NCBI GenBank assembly: GCA_013265495.1 | Contig: MU058781.1 | Coordinates: forward strand, 476,963-540,962 | DNA from: Vicugna vicugna | Lineage: Eukaryota | Length of the DNA: 64,000 nt | Direction of reading: 5' to 3' | In this document: positions 62,706 to 64,000 of the stretch, piece by piece | How the letters are laid out: every line of letters starts with the position of its first letter | Position numbering within the stretch: position 1 is the first letter of the stretch | The notes under the pieces: model-generated | Database searches by the model: none | Seen by the model: only the letters and a program-made list of their open reading frames with translations | Told to the model about the DNA's origin: nothing | Program-made: the position numbers and the translations under genes

Positions 62706-63649
62706 TTTTCCCCCTCTTGTGCATATCTCATTGCACTTTATAGTAAATGCTTCCTTACTCTCTTGTCTTCCATTCTCTGTGCTAGTCCCTAAATTACTTG
62801 ATTATCTACATAAAGGCCAATTGAAATAGGTACAAATGAAGAGAGAACTTCTGATTAACTTTAGTTTGCAATGGAAGTTTTACACTAGAGTGATAGCATC
62901 GCCTATTGCTGTAGAAAAACAAAGAAATAACGCCGTGTGCTCTGCAAAATAAATTCTGACGAGTGAGCATGATAAGTCTGATTAAAAGTGCAGGTTTCTG
63001 GGCTGTTTTTGGCATTTGATGCATTTCTTCAGCATTTATGAATATATTTGTTTGGAAAGATAGTTTGTTTATATGTTGCTCAAGTCAGGACATAATGGCA
63101 AAATCACTGTATCATCTCTTATTACCAATTCCTCTGAACCATCCAGTTCCCATAGAAGCCATTTGAGAAACATTAAGGACTCCCTAAAGGGAGAGTTATA
63201 GAGGAACCTGCATTTACAGGTCATTAGTTACCTTCGGCATTACATTACCTCAGTTATTTTTAGATAATCTCACTAATCTGGTATTCAGGGTAATTTCTAA
63301 ATAATTTAGTCCCTCATGTATTTGGATTTCCAAACTCAGACCCTGAAGAAATTACACAGGGAAATCTTAGAAAAGGGAAAATTTATGACTCGTGCCAGAG
63401 AATTTCCCATTTTGAAATACAGGGTAGTTAATCCACTACAGATCTTTTTTTTTTTTTCTCCCCTACCCGCAATTTGTTTAAGCCAGCAAAGTCATTGAAC
63501 ATTTCTTTATATTTAATTGTCAAACGTTTTCACAATTATAAAAAATAAAGCCCGGGTACTGGGTTTCTTAAAGACCATCCTCGACTGTTTCCCATGGTCC
63601 AGGTCTGTCTATGAAAACATGACAGAACACGTCCTCATAGAAGGATGGG

Positions 63650-63792
63650 CACCAGGAAGACGGAGCCTGAGCTGTGCTCCGGGGAGAGGAGGGCACCCTG
63701 GGCTTCACAGCCCTCAGCTTCAGGCAACATAAAATGGGGATCGTGGCTCCTTTCATCATAGTGGGGCTTCCAACACAGGGTCTTGAGGAAGG
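63650..63792 (+). mobile_element. MIR SINE fragment
   Basis: gccctcagcttcaggcaacataaaatggggatcgtggctcc...agggtcttgaggaag. Confidence 0.5.
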
Positions 63793-64000
63793 GGAATCAA
63801 AAATTGGGGGATATTCGCATCTGCCCACAGAGGCCTCTAGTGCTCAGCTACCGGAGCAATTTCTTTGGGACCTGATACAAACAGATGGCACAGCATTCAG
63901 GGGGAATGTCTGGGAGAATGCCTGGTTTATTTGGTTACATTCTTGGTTATGGCCTTTCATGCCTCTTCTTGAATAAAAACTACATGTGACTTAGCTCCTC

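Noticed and set aside
1..64000. Prokaryote-style systems (CRISPR arrays, operons, defence islands), tRNA or rRNA genes
   Set aside because: The sequence is mammalian repeat-rich non-coding DNA; no regularly spaced repeats, dense ORFs or structural RNA genes were seen.

Overview
AT-rich mammalian (eutherian) non-coding DNA, probably a gene desert or a very long intron. I recognise no protein-coding gene, RNA gene or CRISPR array; the ORF track is consistent with chance ORFs and repeat-derived frames. Much of the window is old interspersed repeat: L1M-type LINE fragments in both orientations, MIRs, L2, MLT1/MLT2/LTR16 LTRs, MER5 and a near-complete MER41-like solo LTR. Two young L1 3' ends, plus the apparent absence of Alu, Bov-A/tA, PRE-1 and Can-SINEs, point to a cetartiodactyl, most likely a camelid (inference). 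The best observations not shown by the ORF track are: (i) a decayed retroviral env transmembrane subunit next to its 3' LTR (53.5-54.4 kb, minus); (ii) a collapsed ancient RTE-clade LINE with endonuclease and RT motif remnants (42.4-43.45 kb, minus); (iii) a textbook recursive-splice-site-like sequence (27.56 kb, minus); (iv) candidate lncRNA/small-ORF exons; (v) several motif-dense, repeat-free candidate enhancers. Repeat family names come from recalled consensus sequences, not a database search, and boundaries are approximate. I found no convincing novel multi-gene system.
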